A stretch of 64,000 nucleotides of DNA from the IMG/VR virus record IMGVR_UViG_3300045988_184192; one strand, written 5' to 3'. Position 1 is the stretch's first letter. Every line of letters starts with the position of its first letter. The notes below the pieces were generated by a model that worked only from the letters and a program-made list of their open reading frames with translations, was not told where the DNA came from and searched no databases. Below, one piece after another: positions 37,767-47,452 of this stretch. Source of the DNA: a virus. A program made the position numbers and the translations under genes.

Positions 37767-38012
37767 TTAACCCTGAACATAGTACCAACCAGTTTTGTAA
37801 TATACAATACCACTAAAAGTGTCAATCATGACATTACGTTGGTAGGTTCTATTCCCAATACGTTTATAATATAAAGTGTGGTAGTAGCGACCAATAGCTT
37901 GAACAGGTTCTGATTTTGCTTGAGTTACCCCAATGGCACCAAGTGTTCCACCAAGACTAGCTACAAGTGCTGTACCAACCATAAATTTTGTAAGTTTAGA
38001 CTTCATATTCAT
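37767..38012 (-). CDS. small secreted basic Tyr/Trp-rich peptide (bacteriocin-like by composition only)
   Basis: Signal peptide MKSKLTKFMVGTALVASLGGTLGAIGVTQA, then a 51-aa mature part KSEPVQAIGRYYHTLYYKRIGNRTYQRNVMIDTFSGIVYYKTGWYYVQG. ATG starts at 38012 or 38006 (the ORF track used the TTG at 38030). On the opposite strand to the surrounding block. Confidence 0.4.
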   Translation of the reverse strand: MNMKSKLTKFMVGTALVASLGGTLGAIGVTQAKSEPVQAIGRYYHTLYYKRIGNRTYQRNVMIDTFSGIVYYKTGWYYVQG

Positions 38013-38157
38013 GGGCAATAATAACCTCAATTTCTATAAAATTTATTCTATTGTCATTGACAATTATTATTATACCATACTTGAAAGCGATTTGCAAGAT
38101 AATTTAGTTTTAAAATCAAATTATTTTTAATATTATTAGAAAAGGAATTTCACAAAC

Positions 38158-38607
38158 ATGACTCAAAAACTTCGTGGTTTTGAATTGGTTAAAGGTGAAA
38201 CCAATCTTGACCTACTTCCAAAACGTTCAACTCAACATTCAGCAGGGTATGATTTTGTAGCTGCTGAAACCATTACAATTGATCCAGGTGCTATTAAGCT
38301 AGTACCAACCAATGTTAAGGCGTACATGCAAGAGGGTGAAGTATTGTACCTTTATGATCGTTCTTCTAACCCTCGCAAACGTGGCATTGTTCTATCCAAC
38401 TCAGTTGGTGTGATTGATAAGGACTATTATGGTAACCCTGACAACGATGGAAACATTCATGCTCAATTTACCAATATTACAAATGATGTTGTCACCATTG
38501 AAAAAGGAACAGCTATGATGCAAGGCGTATTCATGCCATTCTTACTAGCTGATGATGATGACGCATCAGGTGTACGTGTAGGTGGTTTTGGTTCAACTGA
38601 CCAATAA
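38158..38607 (+). CDS. dut: dUTP diphosphatase (trimeric dUTPase)
   Basis: dUTPase motifs AGYDF, RSSNPRKRGIVLSNSVGVIDKDYYG, GNIHAQF, C-terminal GGFGSTD. Confidence 0.9.
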   Translation: MTQKLRGFELVKGETNLDLLPKRSTQHSAGYDFVAAETITIDPGAIKLVPTNVKAYMQEGEVLYLYDRSSNPRKRGIVLSNSVGVIDKDYYGNPDNDGNIHAQFTNITNDVVTIEKGTAMMQGVFMPFLLADDDDASGVRVGGFGSTDQ

Positions 38608-38667
38608 TCACCCAACACCACAACTGTATTTTTATTTCTAATCTTTCTGAAAGAATGAAGTGACCTT

Positions 38668-39123
38668 ATGTGTGACAATACTGAATATTTTATTAACACC
38701 ATGTATGGTATTTTGCTTCCGGCATCATCCACGTGGTATGATAAAGTTGTGAAAAATCTAAAACACTTGTATCCAGATGTAGCTGAAAATTTCACCATTC
38801 GATACTGTGATGATGATGACAATTCTTTTGAAGAATATAACTTCCTAGATCATCTGGAATATGAAAAACTAGAATATATAACACCACTTCAAGATGTTCA
38901 TAACCTAGCTATCCATAATGTAACTGATGATTATTATAACTTCACTGATGAAGATGGGTTAATTTTATATGGTAACCACCTAGAACCAACCCTTTTGCAA
39001 CATCCATTCAACTCTGTAGATGAAGCAGTTGATTATTACAAAACGGCATTCAAACATATTCTTCCAGATAACTTTGATTACAAACAATTTCTTGGTAGAA
39101 TTGAATTTCTAAGATATTCATAA
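38668..39123 (+). CDS. hypothetical acidic protein
   Basis: ORF. CAACACCA box 48 nt upstream. Confidence 0.5.
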   Translation: MCDNTEYFINTMYGILLPASSTWYDKVVKNLKHLYPDVAENFTIRYCDDDDNSFEEYNFLDHLEYEKLEYITPLQDVHNLAIHNVTDDYYNFTDEDGLILYGNHLEPTLLQHPFNSVDEAVDYYKTAFKHILPDNFDYKQFLGRIEFLRYS

Positions 39124-39142
39124 AATAATCCAATATTTGAGA

Positions 39143-39171
39143 TTGACACTTGTATTATTCTTTGATAAAAT
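39143..39171 (+). promoter_or_regulatory. sigma-A promoter (TTGACA-17-TAAAAT)
   Basis: TTGACA at 39143-39148 and TAAAAT at 39166-39171. Confidence 0.45.
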
Positions 39172-39210
39172 AATGATATCAAAATTATTAATTCATAAAG
39201 GATGATATAA

Positions 39211-41019
39211 ATGAAAAAATATCTATATTCTACAATGATTCTCGCAACAATCGCAGGACCTCTTGCTAATGTTGCCACAGTTGCTGCTGATGATGTACAA
39301 TCTAAAGCACCTGCTATTGGACCAGTTGTTGCGCCAACAGTAGAAAAATCTGAACTAGACAAAGCTATTGCAGATCGTGACACTGCATCAACGGCTTACG
39401 TTGAAGCTGTTGCACAACGTGTTATTGCTGAACAAAAACGTGATGCTGCTAAAAAAGTAAAAGATGAAGCTGATTCTGCTAAGAAAGGCGCTGAAGCAAT
39501 CAAAGCAAATGCTCAAAAGGCTATCAGTGATGCTCAAGCTGCAAAATCAAAAGCTGAATCTGATAAAGTTGCTGCTCAAAAAGTAGTAGATGCATCTGAA
39601 AAACGAATTGCTAACCTTGGTAATATTCGTGAAATTGCACAAACTAAATATGATGCTGCATCTAAATCACTTGATGAAGCAACAAAAGAACAAACTGCTA
39701 TTGAAGATACAATTGCTAAATTGAAAGCTGAGATTCCAACTAAAGAAGCTGAAATTAAAGCTGCTAAAGAAGCAAAAGTAGATCCAACTGCTGACTTGAA
39801 ACGATTCAAGAAATTGTTGGTTGCTGCTCAAGATGATTTGAAAACAGCTAAAGCTGAAAACAACGCATCAGCTATTTCTCAAGCTGAGGGTAATGTGAAG
39901 ACATTCACCGTTGCAGTTAAGAATGAACAAGATAAGATTGACGCTCAAGATGCTATCATCAAGAAAGCTGAAGATCGTATCAAAGCAATCAATGAAGCAT
40001 TGACAAATGAACATGAGCCTGCTCTCAAGAAAGCTAAAGAAAAAGTAGCTAAGTTCAAAGCTGCTAAAGATGAACAAGCAAAAGCTTTGGCTGACAATGA
40101 TGCATTAATTGCTACTGAAAATGACAAAATTTCTAAAGCAAAATCAACAATTTCAACAGCTGATCAAACCATTGCAAGTTCAAACAAAACTGTTGCTGAT
40201 TCTAATACAACTTTAACTGCAAATGAACCAATCTTGACAGAAGCTACTAAGAAAGCAGCTGAAGCAAATACTGTTTATGACAAAGCTGTTCAAGAGTACA
40301 ATGCTGCTAATGATAAAGTTGAATCTACTCAAAAAGTATTCAAAGAAAAACAAGCTGCTGTTGCAAAACTTCAAGGTGTTAAAGCTGATGAAAAGAAAGA
40401 TGAATCTACACCAAGTGCATCAACAACAACATCATCTGCTGCAGCTCCTGCATTGAGTTCCGAAGTTTCAACTGCAAGTTCTGCTGATTCAACTGCTTCT
40501 ACAGCCACTTCAAGTGAAGTGAAGAAAGATGAGCCAGTTGTACCATCTACAGAAACAACTCCATCTACTGAAACAAAAACTGAAGATGTGAAACCATCTG
40601 AATCAGCTAAAGAAGAACCAAAATCTTCTGAAGATGTGAAGAAAGATGAAACCGCTTCTACAACTAAAGACAAAGAAACTAAGTCATCTACAAGTACTGA
40701 TACTAAGAAAGTTGAAGTGAAACCATCTACATCATCTGATGTTAAGAAAGATGAAACAAAACCATCTGAAGATGGAACTAAATCAACAAAAACTGTTGAA
40801 AATGCTCCAACTCAATCTTCAACTCAGCAATCTACAACGCAGTCTAGCACACAACAATCCAATGTTCAACAAGGACAAGGTAGTGCAGGTGGCAATGCTA
40901 AGACACTTCCTAACACTGGACAAAAACAATCCAATGTTCCAACTATCTTAGGATTTGGACTGTTGTCAACATTAGCTGCAGGACTTGTAGCATTCCGTAA
41001 AAAGATTTTCACTAAATAA
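39211..41019 (+). CDS. LPXTG-anchored alpha-helical coiled-coil surface protein (M-protein / PrgA surface-exclusion-like architecture)
   Basis: Signal peptide. About 350 aa of Ala/Lys/Glu-rich heptad-like sequence. S/T/K-rich spacer. LPNTGQ plus hydrophobic segment plus RKK. Confidence 0.8.
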   Translation: MKKYLYSTMILATIAGPLANVATVAADDVQSKAPAIGPVVAPTVEKSELDKAIADRDTASTAYVEAVAQRVIAEQKRDAAKKVKDEADSAKKGAEAIKANAQKAISDAQAAKSKAESDKVAAQKVVDASEKRIANLGNIREIAQTKYDAASKSLDEATKEQTAIEDTIAKLKAEIPTKEAEIKAAKEAKVDPTADLKRFKKLLVAAQDDLKTAKAENNASAISQAEGNVKTFTVAVKNEQDKIDAQDAIIKKAEDRIKAINEALTNEHEPALKKAKEKVAKFKAAKDEQAKALADNDALIATENDKISKAKSTISTADQTIASSNKTVADSNTTLTANEPILTEATKKAAEANTVYDKAVQEYNAANDKVESTQKVFKEKQAAVAKLQGVKADEKKDESTPSASTTTSSAAAPALSSEVSTASSADSTASTATSSEVKKDEPVVPSTETTPSTETKTEDVKPSESAKEEPKSSEDVKKDETASTTKDKETKSSTSTDTKKVEVKPSTSSDVKKDETKPSEDGTKSTKTVENAPTQSSTQQSTTQSSTQQSNVQQGQGSAGGNAKTLPNTGQKQSNVPTILGFGLLSTLAAGLVAFRKKIFTK

Positions 41020-41037
41020 TCTTTAAATATCAAGATA

Positions 41038-41074
41038 AAGCCATGTTGTAAATTTACAATATGGTTTTATTTAT
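41038..41074 (+). terminator. rho-independent terminator
   Basis: CCATGTTGTAAA-t-TTTACAATATGG followed by TTTTATTTAT. Confidence 0.6.
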
Positions 41075-41097
41075 ATGTTAATGAAAGGACGACAAAT

Positions 41098-41412
41098 ATG
41101 TATGATCATGATTTTCTAATTGAACATTTGAATATCAATTTAAGAAATGCTTATAATAAAGGTCTACGTATTCCAGGTTATACCATTTCAAAAGTACGAG
41201 TGTATGCTGATATTTATGATTATGACCTTGTATTAAATGAAACCAATGAACCTATCTACTATGACCATGAAGAAGTTCTGACCATTCATTATAATGCTGA
41301 AGATCAACATTATTATATCTATGTTGATGCAAATTATTTTAAGTTAAATGAAGCTCTCAGATTAAATCAAGCTCAATTTGATATCCTATTTCCAAACTAT
41401 AAGCACCAATAG
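41098..41412 (+). CDS. hypothetical protein
   Basis: Canonical RBS AATGAAAGGACGACAAAT-ATG. Confidence 0.5.
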   Translation: MYDHDFLIEHLNINLRNAYNKGLRIPGYTISKVRVYADIYDYDLVLNETNEPIYYDHEEVLTIHYNAEDQHYYIYVDANYFKLNEALRLNQAQFDILFPNYKHQ

Positions 41413-41426
41413 AAAGGACACTTGCC

Positions 41427-41627
41427 ATGTCACAAGAAAAAACATTTTTGAAATATTTTGAAATCCAAACCATTGACCCTAATAACGAACCCGTTGTTCA
41501 AAAATTGCAAGAACTGGTTCAATCTGACGACTTGCGTCTAACCAAACATGCACTAACGGAACTACTTGGTAGTGTGAATCAAGTTCGATATGATGTCAAT
41601 GAAGATTCATATGATGATTTCTTCTAA
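41427..41627 (+). CDS. hypothetical small acidic protein
   Basis: Canonical RBS. The previous gene's stop TAG forms part of TAGAAAGG. Confidence 0.5.
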   Translation: MSQEKTFLKYFEIQTIDPNNEPVVQKLQELVQSDDLRLTKHALTELLGSVNQVRYDVNEDSYDDFF

Positions 41628-41651
41628 TATCTAATAGAAAGGACAATTCAT

Positions 41652-41948
41652 ATGATTATTCTAAATGACACATATACAAAAGGTCAGATTCAAAGTCTGA
41701 TTGGCACATGGATGGATAATGATGTTATCAATGGCATCATTGATGAATCATATATCCATAATATCAATATTGTATTTGACTCAGCAACATCTGGATCTAT
41801 TTACATCAATAGTCATTCAGAACCTAGACATATTTACCAATTTATGTTAATGTCTGAACTTGGATCAACTGATTTGGAACATATTGATTACCATAGTTGT
41901 ATGTACCTAGATGACCAAGATACAATTGGATTAATGATTTACCAATAA
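41652..41948 (+). CDS. hypothetical protein
   Basis: Canonical RBS AATAGAAAGGACAATTCAT-ATG. Confidence 0.5.
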   Translation: MIILNDTYTKGQIQSLIGTWMDNDVINGIIDESYIHNINIVFDSATSGSIYINSHSEPRHIYQFMLMSELGSTDLEHIDYHSCMYLDDQDTIGLMIYQ

Positions 41949-41953
41949 TATAC

Positions 41954-41993
41954 AAAATCGCTTAGAATCATTCTAAGCGATTTTCTTTTGTTT
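41954..41993. terminator. bidirectional terminator (perfect palindrome)
   Basis: AATCGCTTAGAATGATTCTAAGCGATT flanked by A/T runs on both strands. Lies between convergent genes. Confidence 0.6.
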
Positions 41994-43532
41994 AGTTCGT
42001 TGGTCTATTGCAATTTTATTGGCTTCAGTTACAATTGATTTTACCAATTCTCTTACTTCTTCAGGTGCTTGACTATTATGATGACCATATATTTGATGAA
42101 GTTGATAAATACGAGGTTCCTTTGTCTTATATATCTTATTTGGATAAGTTATTTCAATAGTATAAGGTATATGTTCATATTCCAAATGATAGATACAAGA
42201 TTGACCACTATCTACAAGAGTACTATAGTTACCCACACAATGCTTCATATTGTAGCCCTCAAGCCATAATTTTGTTGAGGTATCCAATAAGTCCATCTTT
42301 AGTTTAGAACGTCGTACAGCCAATTTTACAGGCTTCCAACGTTCTGATTTGAGAACACTAAAGGTTATATTTCTAGAACGTAATTGTTTTAACTGAGATT
42401 TGTAAGATAATTCATCATGATAACGAACCAATCCTTTAAATCCAGTTGCACGAATTTCAATCTTTTTACGTAAATTTTTAGACATTAGAATAATATCATT
42501 CACAACACCTCTAAAACGTTCTTTATCTGAACCAACACTGGAATCACTATCAACAGACAAACCAATTTTGTCATATAGATACATAGTATATAAATAAGAC
42601 CAATCCATGTTTGTCACATACGTTTTCCAATAAGATTTTTCATCTAAGTAATTTTTCACAAGAGTATGTCTATTATTTCGATACCAATTAACAAACTTAC
42701 GAAATTCTGTATCTGACAATTTAGGTTGAGCTGTTCGTAATAAATTTAATTCAATAAAAGTAAATTTGTTTAGATTCGTCACACTTGTGACTTTTGTCAT
42801 TGTTTTCCATTTATTTAAAATAATTTCATTTCGATTAGAACCTAGTTTAAAAATGTCATTATAGAATAAAGAAAGTTTCATTGAATCTCGTACATAATCT
42901 GGATAAGGTTCATGAAATCGTTGGATCTCACATTTAAAGTCATGGTGAATCTGAAATTCAGGTAAATCTAAAAGTAATGAATGCTCAAATGGTAGACCAT
43001 CTAGATCATGTGCTAATGACAATGGTACATACCGCCCTTTAAATTGCTGTAAAATATCACCAGTATTAAACCAAATAAGTCGATCACTCATCATTCGTTT
43101 CCAATGCATGTTAACATAAGAAGACTTAGAATCAGTTGGCATATGATAAACAAATCGTATCAAATTAAAAATTGTAATAGATAAATAATCATCAGCAAAT
43201 TTAAAAGTAATTTGCAACAATGTATCAAATTTATTCCCAACATTAATACTAACAGATGATACATTTTGATCCTTAAACAAATTATCAAATTGATGTTTCA
43301 CCTGATGTACATGTTTATCCATATACTCACTTAATTCATAACCTGTTAAAAATTTATTATCCATTTTTGAAAAATAAAATACATACATATCTTCTTCAGG
43401 TCTAGAACCATAAACACCCACGTCTTTCAATTGATTCAATTTATAATGTGATTCAATATAGGAATCAGATAAATGCATTTTTGATTGAATATGTTGTAAA
43501 ATTACATCTCGATTTAAAATTGTATCAGTCAT
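41973..43532 (-). CDS. hypothetical 519-aa protein, possibly PcfJ-like (tentative)
   Basis: Only large minus-strand gene inside the + block. The C-terminal LWLEGYNMKHCVGNYSTLVDSGQSCIYHLEY...YQLHQIYGHHN is reminiscent, from memory, of the conserved C-terminus of PcfJ-like proteins of enterococcal conjugative plasmids. Confidence 0.5.
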   Translation of the reverse strand: MTDTILNRDVILQHIQSKMHLSDSYIESHYKLNQLKDVGVYGSRPEEDMYVFYFSKMDNKFLTGYELSEYMDKHVHQVKHQFDNLFKDQNVSSVSINVGNKFDTLLQITFKFADDYLSITIFNLIRFVYHMPTDSKSSYVNMHWKRMMSDRLIWFNTGDILQQFKGRYVPLSLAHDLDGLPFEHSLLLDLPEFQIHHDFKCEIQRFHEPYPDYVRDSMKLSLFYNDIFKLGSNRNEIILNKWKTMTKVTSVTNLNKFTFIELNLLRTAQPKLSDTEFRKFVNWYRNNRHTLVKNYLDEKSYWKTYVTNMDWSYLYTMYLYDKIGLSVDSDSSVGSDKERFRGVVNDIILMSKNLRKKIEIRATGFKGLVRYHDELSYKSQLKQLRSRNITFSVLKSERWKPVKLAVRRSKLKMDLLDTSTKLWLEGYNMKHCVGNYSTLVDSGQSCIYHLEYEHIPYTIEITYPNKIYKTKEPRIYQLHQIYGHHNSQAPEEVRELVKSIVTEANKIAIDQRTKQKKIA

Positions 43533-43597
43533 TAAAATGTTCCTTAAAGTATAAATTTTACAATTATTTGTAGTTTTATATACATTATAACATAAAA

Positions 43598-43665
43598 TTG
43601 CTCTTTTGCAAAATCTATATTATAATGAATATAAGATTTGCAAAATCTTATATAATAAAATCAGA
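43598..43665. promoter_or_regulatory. divergent control region with tandem direct repeats TTTGCAAAATCT-TATAT-TATAAT
   Basis: TTTGCAAAATCTATATTATAATGAA and TTTGCAAAATCTTATATAATAAAAT in tandem, each with a -10-like element, between the minus-strand 519-aa gene and the next + gene. Confidence 0.4.
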
Positions 43666-43678
43666 AAGGTTTGATCAT

Positions 43679-43900
43679 ATGATTTCACCTGCTTATTACA
43701 AGCAATATTTAAACAAACGTGTACGTTTTGAACACCCTAATCTCGCAACATCTTCTTGTGGAAAAGTTTGCCGAATAACAGCGTTCAATCAATTATATGT
43801 TTATGACTTTTCTACGAAAAGTTATTATCTTGTTGATCCAAGTAGAGATAAGATTAAACTTTTTAAAAGTTCTGAGGATACTATTCTTGGTGCAAGATAA
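43679..43900 (+). CDS. hypothetical small protein
   Basis: ATG at 43679 preceded by the canonical ATCAGAAAGGTTTGATCAT (the ORF track began at an upstream alternative start). Confidence 0.45.
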   Translation: MISPAYYKQYLNKRVRFEHPNLATSSCGKVCRITAFNQLYVYDFSTKSYYLVDPSRDKIKLFKSSEDTILGAR

Positions 43901-43951
43901 TCCCAACATCATCTACACTCAAACCAACCGCTTTTTAGAAAGGAAACAATC

Positions 43952-44674
43952 ATGTCACTTATTTACAAATTAACCTTTGAAAACAATTTATCCTATATCC
44001 CAACTTATATGTTGTGGACAGAAGACTTGAAAACTTTGATTAAACATGGTTTTAGTGAAGCCATTCAAGATTACACAGATACTCGTAATGGTTACTTCGT
44101 TGAGGGTGAATATTTAGAATTGAAAGCTATTGATCTAGACCACGTAGTAGATCCAGATGGTGAAACGATTATTGAATTCCACCCAAATATTCCAGAAAAT
44201 GAAGACGAATATGTTACAGATTTCAATATCAAAATTAATCATGATACTAGTATCTTAGAAGATGATTTATTGAAAACATTGTATAAAGTTTCCACACATA
44301 TCAAAAGTGTGATTCATCAGATTATTGAAGAACCAGAGGATTCTACATCAGACATTGATTCAGATACAGTTCCTACAAATTTAACAGGTAACCAAATTAC
44401 AGCTTGGGTTGAATTTTTGAATAAATATGATCTATCTGTTTATCATACAGATAACCCAGATATTATCATCTATGATACAAATAAACTTCCAGACTTTCTG
44501 ATTCAATCACCTTATAAAACAGAATCCAATACTTGGAAAGTGATGTTTGATAATGAATATGAATTGACTCAAGATACTGAAGTAGCATCTGACTTTGAAA
44601 CAGTTCTTAAACAAGCTGCTCAATATCTAGATGAAAAAATTGATAAATATAGTGCTGAATCTGTATCTAAATGA
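43952..44674 (+). CDS. hypothetical acidic protein
   Basis: Canonical RBS TTAGAAAGGAAACAATC-ATG. Confidence 0.5.
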   Translation: MSLIYKLTFENNLSYIPTYMLWTEDLKTLIKHGFSEAIQDYTDTRNGYFVEGEYLELKAIDLDHVVDPDGETIIEFHPNIPENEDEYVTDFNIKINHDTSILEDDLLKTLYKVSTHIKSVIHQIIEEPEDSTSDIDSDTVPTNLTGNQITAWVEFLNKYDLSVYHTDNPDIIIYDTNKLPDFLIQSPYKTESNTWKVMFDNEYELTQDTEVASDFETVLKQAAQYLDEKIDKYSAESVSK

Positions 44675-44682
44675 GGTAAATT

Positions 44683-44895
44683 ATGAAAATCATTCATCCA
44701 AATCCTATTGGTAAAATGACATCTTTACCAAAAACACCAATTGATAAGAATTTACATAATAATATTCATCATGAATCCTATTCTAATCAATTGATGACTG
44801 AATTATGGAAAAGTGGCTATACACTTCAAAAAATAAACCTTTTGAATCCTAGTCATACAACACCCTTTAACCCAAATGATAATGTTCAACTCTAA
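44683..44895 (+). CDS. hypothetical small protein
   Basis: GAGG SD. Confidence 0.4.
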   Translation: MKIIHPNPIGKMTSLPKTPIDKNLHNNIHHESYSNQLMTELWKSGYTLQKINLLNPSHTTPFNPNDNVQL

Positions 44896-45002
44896 TCAGT
44901 TATCGTTACCATATCCAATAAATCACTTCTACAAAAACTTGCCTAATATTCTCAATTATGATAAAATATTACTAAGATTTTAATAGTTGAGGTAATCAAA
45001 AT

Positions 45003-45626
45003 ATGATATGTAAATGTAAAGAAGTGTTGAAAGATTGGGGCGCTATCTTCATAGCATTATTAGTCTTTATCATTTTACGAATGTTTATATTTGATATTAA
45101 TCCAGTAAGTGGTCATTCCATGGATCCAACTTATCACGATGGTAACTATGTTGTTTCATCAAAAGTATTTAATATTAAAAGATTTGATGTTGTAATCGCA
45201 AATGAATACAACAAACCTCTCCGTAAAAATTTTAAAGTAATCAAACGTGTAATTGGTTTACCTGGTGACACCATTACTTATAAAAAAGACACTCTTTATG
45301 TAAATGGTGTGAAAACAGAAGAACCCTATTTAAATGAATACAAACAATTATTCTATAAAAACAAGGACAAATTATATAATGAATATTCATACGAACGGAT
45401 GTACCAATCCATCCTTGAACACGCACAAGCCTTTACCACCAATAGTGAAATTGGCTATGAAAATGGTGAACTATCAACCGCAGGTGAAACGGATTTTGAA
45501 ATCAAAGTTCCAGAAAACCAATATCTCCTAATTGGTGATAACCGTTTAGTATCTCAAGATTCTAGATCAGTTGGAACCTTTAAAGAAAGTCAAATTACAT
45601 CCAAAGTAGTATGGTCAGTCAATTAA
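45003..45626 (+). CDS. signal peptidase I (S26 family; SipA/LepB-like)
   Basis: N-terminal TM. Box B SGHSMDPT (catalytic Ser). Box E GDNRLVSQDSR. Confidence 0.8.
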   Translation: MICKCKEVLKDWGAIFIALLVFIILRMFIFDINPVSGHSMDPTYHDGNYVVSSKVFNIKRFDVVIANEYNKPLRKNFKVIKRVIGLPGDTITYKKDTLYVNGVKTEEPYLNEYKQLFYKNKDKLYNEYSYERMYQSILEHAQAFTTNSEIGYENGELSTAGETDFEIKVPENQYLLIGDNRLVSQDSRSVGTFKESQITSKVVWSVN

Positions 45627-45665
45627 TAAACCATACTCAACTATTTAACGATTCAACAATAATGC

Positions 45666-45700
45666 AAAGAGGGCACAACACCCCTCTTTGTATTTTTATA
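45666..45700 (+). terminator. rho-independent terminator
   Basis: AAAGAGGG-cacaacac-CCCTCTTT followed by GTATTTTTAT. Confidence 0.65.
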
Positions 45701-45728
45701 TCATTTAGCAAAGGACTGATTATAAAAC

Positions 45729-46502
45729 ATGTTTTATAAATTACGAAAATTTTATCTAGAAAATTTATACGACCCAAGTTTAAATTTTCTAACCGTGTTT
45801 ATGGCTCTAATCCTTACAACATTTCTCTATTATATGGTTGTGACTAATTATGATAAAGCACCTACTGAAGTGACCCAACTAAAACCTCTGGTTGAAACAC
45901 TCTTTACTCAGGATTATCTTAAAATCATTATTATTGTTACCTTATTGGTCGAACTATTTTTAAAATTTCTTATTGGAAAACCATTGATTCAAATCACAGT
46001 TAAGTCTGACAAACCATCTAAATTTAAAACAACCTATGTTGAAGAAGAACCATTTGAAGTAGATTTACAAAATAAACACACTCGTTTTCACAACTATATG
46101 ATTGATGCTAACGATAGCAATCGACAGTGGTTTCTATTTCCAATTGAGGGTATTCTTCAAATTCGTGGACAAGGTAAATCTAAAATTGAACTACCTGTTC
46201 TAAAAGTTACTCAAACAACTCTAGATAATGACCGTGAATTAATTAATAAATACCAACCATATATCAAAAACGTATCCAGACGTAAACGATTAATCTTAAC
46301 ACCAATTAAATTAACAAATTATTTCTGGGATGTTGGTTATAAAACAATAGATGCTTACAATATTGAACACATCACTGAAATTTACCTATCAGATACTGAA
46401 AAATCTAATATTTCAGGTTATATAGTTGATGAAGAACAGTATCAGCAAGATTTGGTAGATTCTGTATTCAATTCTAATTATGAAAAGGATAGATCGCAAT
46501 GA
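45729..46502 (+). CDS. membrane protein (257 aa)
   Basis: N-terminal hydrophobic helices. AAAGGA SD. Confidence 0.5.
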   Translation: MFYKLRKFYLENLYDPSLNFLTVFMALILTTFLYYMVVTNYDKAPTEVTQLKPLVETLFTQDYLKIIIIVTLLVELFLKFLIGKPLIQITVKSDKPSKFKTTYVEEEPFEVDLQNKHTRFHNYMIDANDSNRQWFLFPIEGILQIRGQGKSKIELPVLKVTQTTLDNDRELINKYQPYIKNVSRRKRLILTPIKLTNYFWDVGYKTIDAYNIEHITEIYLSDTEKSNISGYIVDEEQYQQDLVDSVFNSNYEKDRSQ

Positions 46503-46711
46503 CATTACAACAATTTAGTATCATAATTGGTATTATCATCACAACAATAGCACTTATCACATATACATATTTCACACTTAAATTTAATAATAAAATGTTC
46601 AGATTTTTCTTCACTCTGAATCCAAAAGATGTATTGCATCTGTTACTATCTGTAACACCCCCATTGCTTCTAATATATTTTACTATATGGTTAATACACT
46701 TGTTATATTGA
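46499..46711 (+). CDS. small membrane protein (70 aa)
   Basis: Hydrophobic. Overlaps the previous stop (ATGA). Confidence 0.4.
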   Translation: MTLQQFSIIIGIIITTIALITYTYFTLKFNNKMFRFFFTLNPKDVLHLLLSVTPPLLLIYFTIWLIHLLY

Positions 46712-46725
46712 TGAAAGGAAAACTT

Positions 46726-47187
46726 ATGCAACCACTTCAATTAAAAGATTTCGTATCACCAGAATTTTCATCATTAACTTGGATAGTAACACTCATTATT
46801 GTAATTATTTCAGTAATTCTTATTGAATTATATAATAAGTATGTATTGAACAAAATTGATCTACCAAACGTTCATTTTGGTGGAAATACAAAAGATTTGA
46901 TTCGTTATTTCTTTTACACACTGCCAATTGTAATGCTTGTATATCCATTTATCATGGGTATTTTGCTAACCATCAATTTACTTGCAGTTGAAGTAAATGC
47001 ACCTATAAATCTAAATTATAGTCAATATAAAGATAAACATAGTGTTACATTTATCAATAAGAATTACCATTTTGCAACTATTTTTGAAAATAAAGTCACA
47101 ATGCCAATTGAATCTGAATCAAATGACTCTTATCAAGTTGTTTATAAAAATAAACATTATACTATTTCTAAAAAGGATTTCAAATAA
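46726..47187 (+). CDS. membrane protein
   Basis: ATG at 46726 preceded by GATGAAAGGAAAACTT. Confidence 0.5.
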   Translation: MQPLQLKDFVSPEFSSLTWIVTLIIVIISVILIELYNKYVLNKIDLPNVHFGGNTKDLIRYFFYTLPIVMLVYPFIMGILLTINLLAVEVNAPINLNYSQYKDKHSVTFINKNYHFATIFENKVTMPIESESNDSYQVVYKNKHYTISKKDFK

Positions 47188-47435
47188 TGAAAACTGGCGT
47201 ATATGATAAGCAAAAAGATACATTTTATCCATGTGAACCCACTCATCATTGGGAAACCATTGAAACTATTTTAAATGATGTTTACAATATGAACATCTTT
47301 GACCCAACACTAAATCAAGATGCCATATCTAAAATGGAAACATTTATTTTAACTAATTTTGAATTAAAAGGTGCCAAAGTAAATGTTACCACTTACTTAG
47401 ATGAAGCATCTGAAATAAGAAATGACTATTATTAA
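47187..47435 (+). CDS. hypothetical protein
   Basis: ORF that overlaps the previous stop. Confidence 0.45.
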   Translation: MKTGVYDKQKDTFYPCEPTHHWETIETILNDVYNMNIFDPTLNQDAISKMETFILTNFELKGAKVNVTTYLDEASEIRNDYY

Positions 47436-47452
47436 TAAAGAAAGGTTATTTT

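Noticed and set aside
39576-40951. Minus- and plus-strand ORFs inside the coiled-coil LPXTG gene
   Set aside because: Ala/Ser/Lys-rich repeats give open alternative frames. The sense CDS has a signal peptide and sortase anchor.
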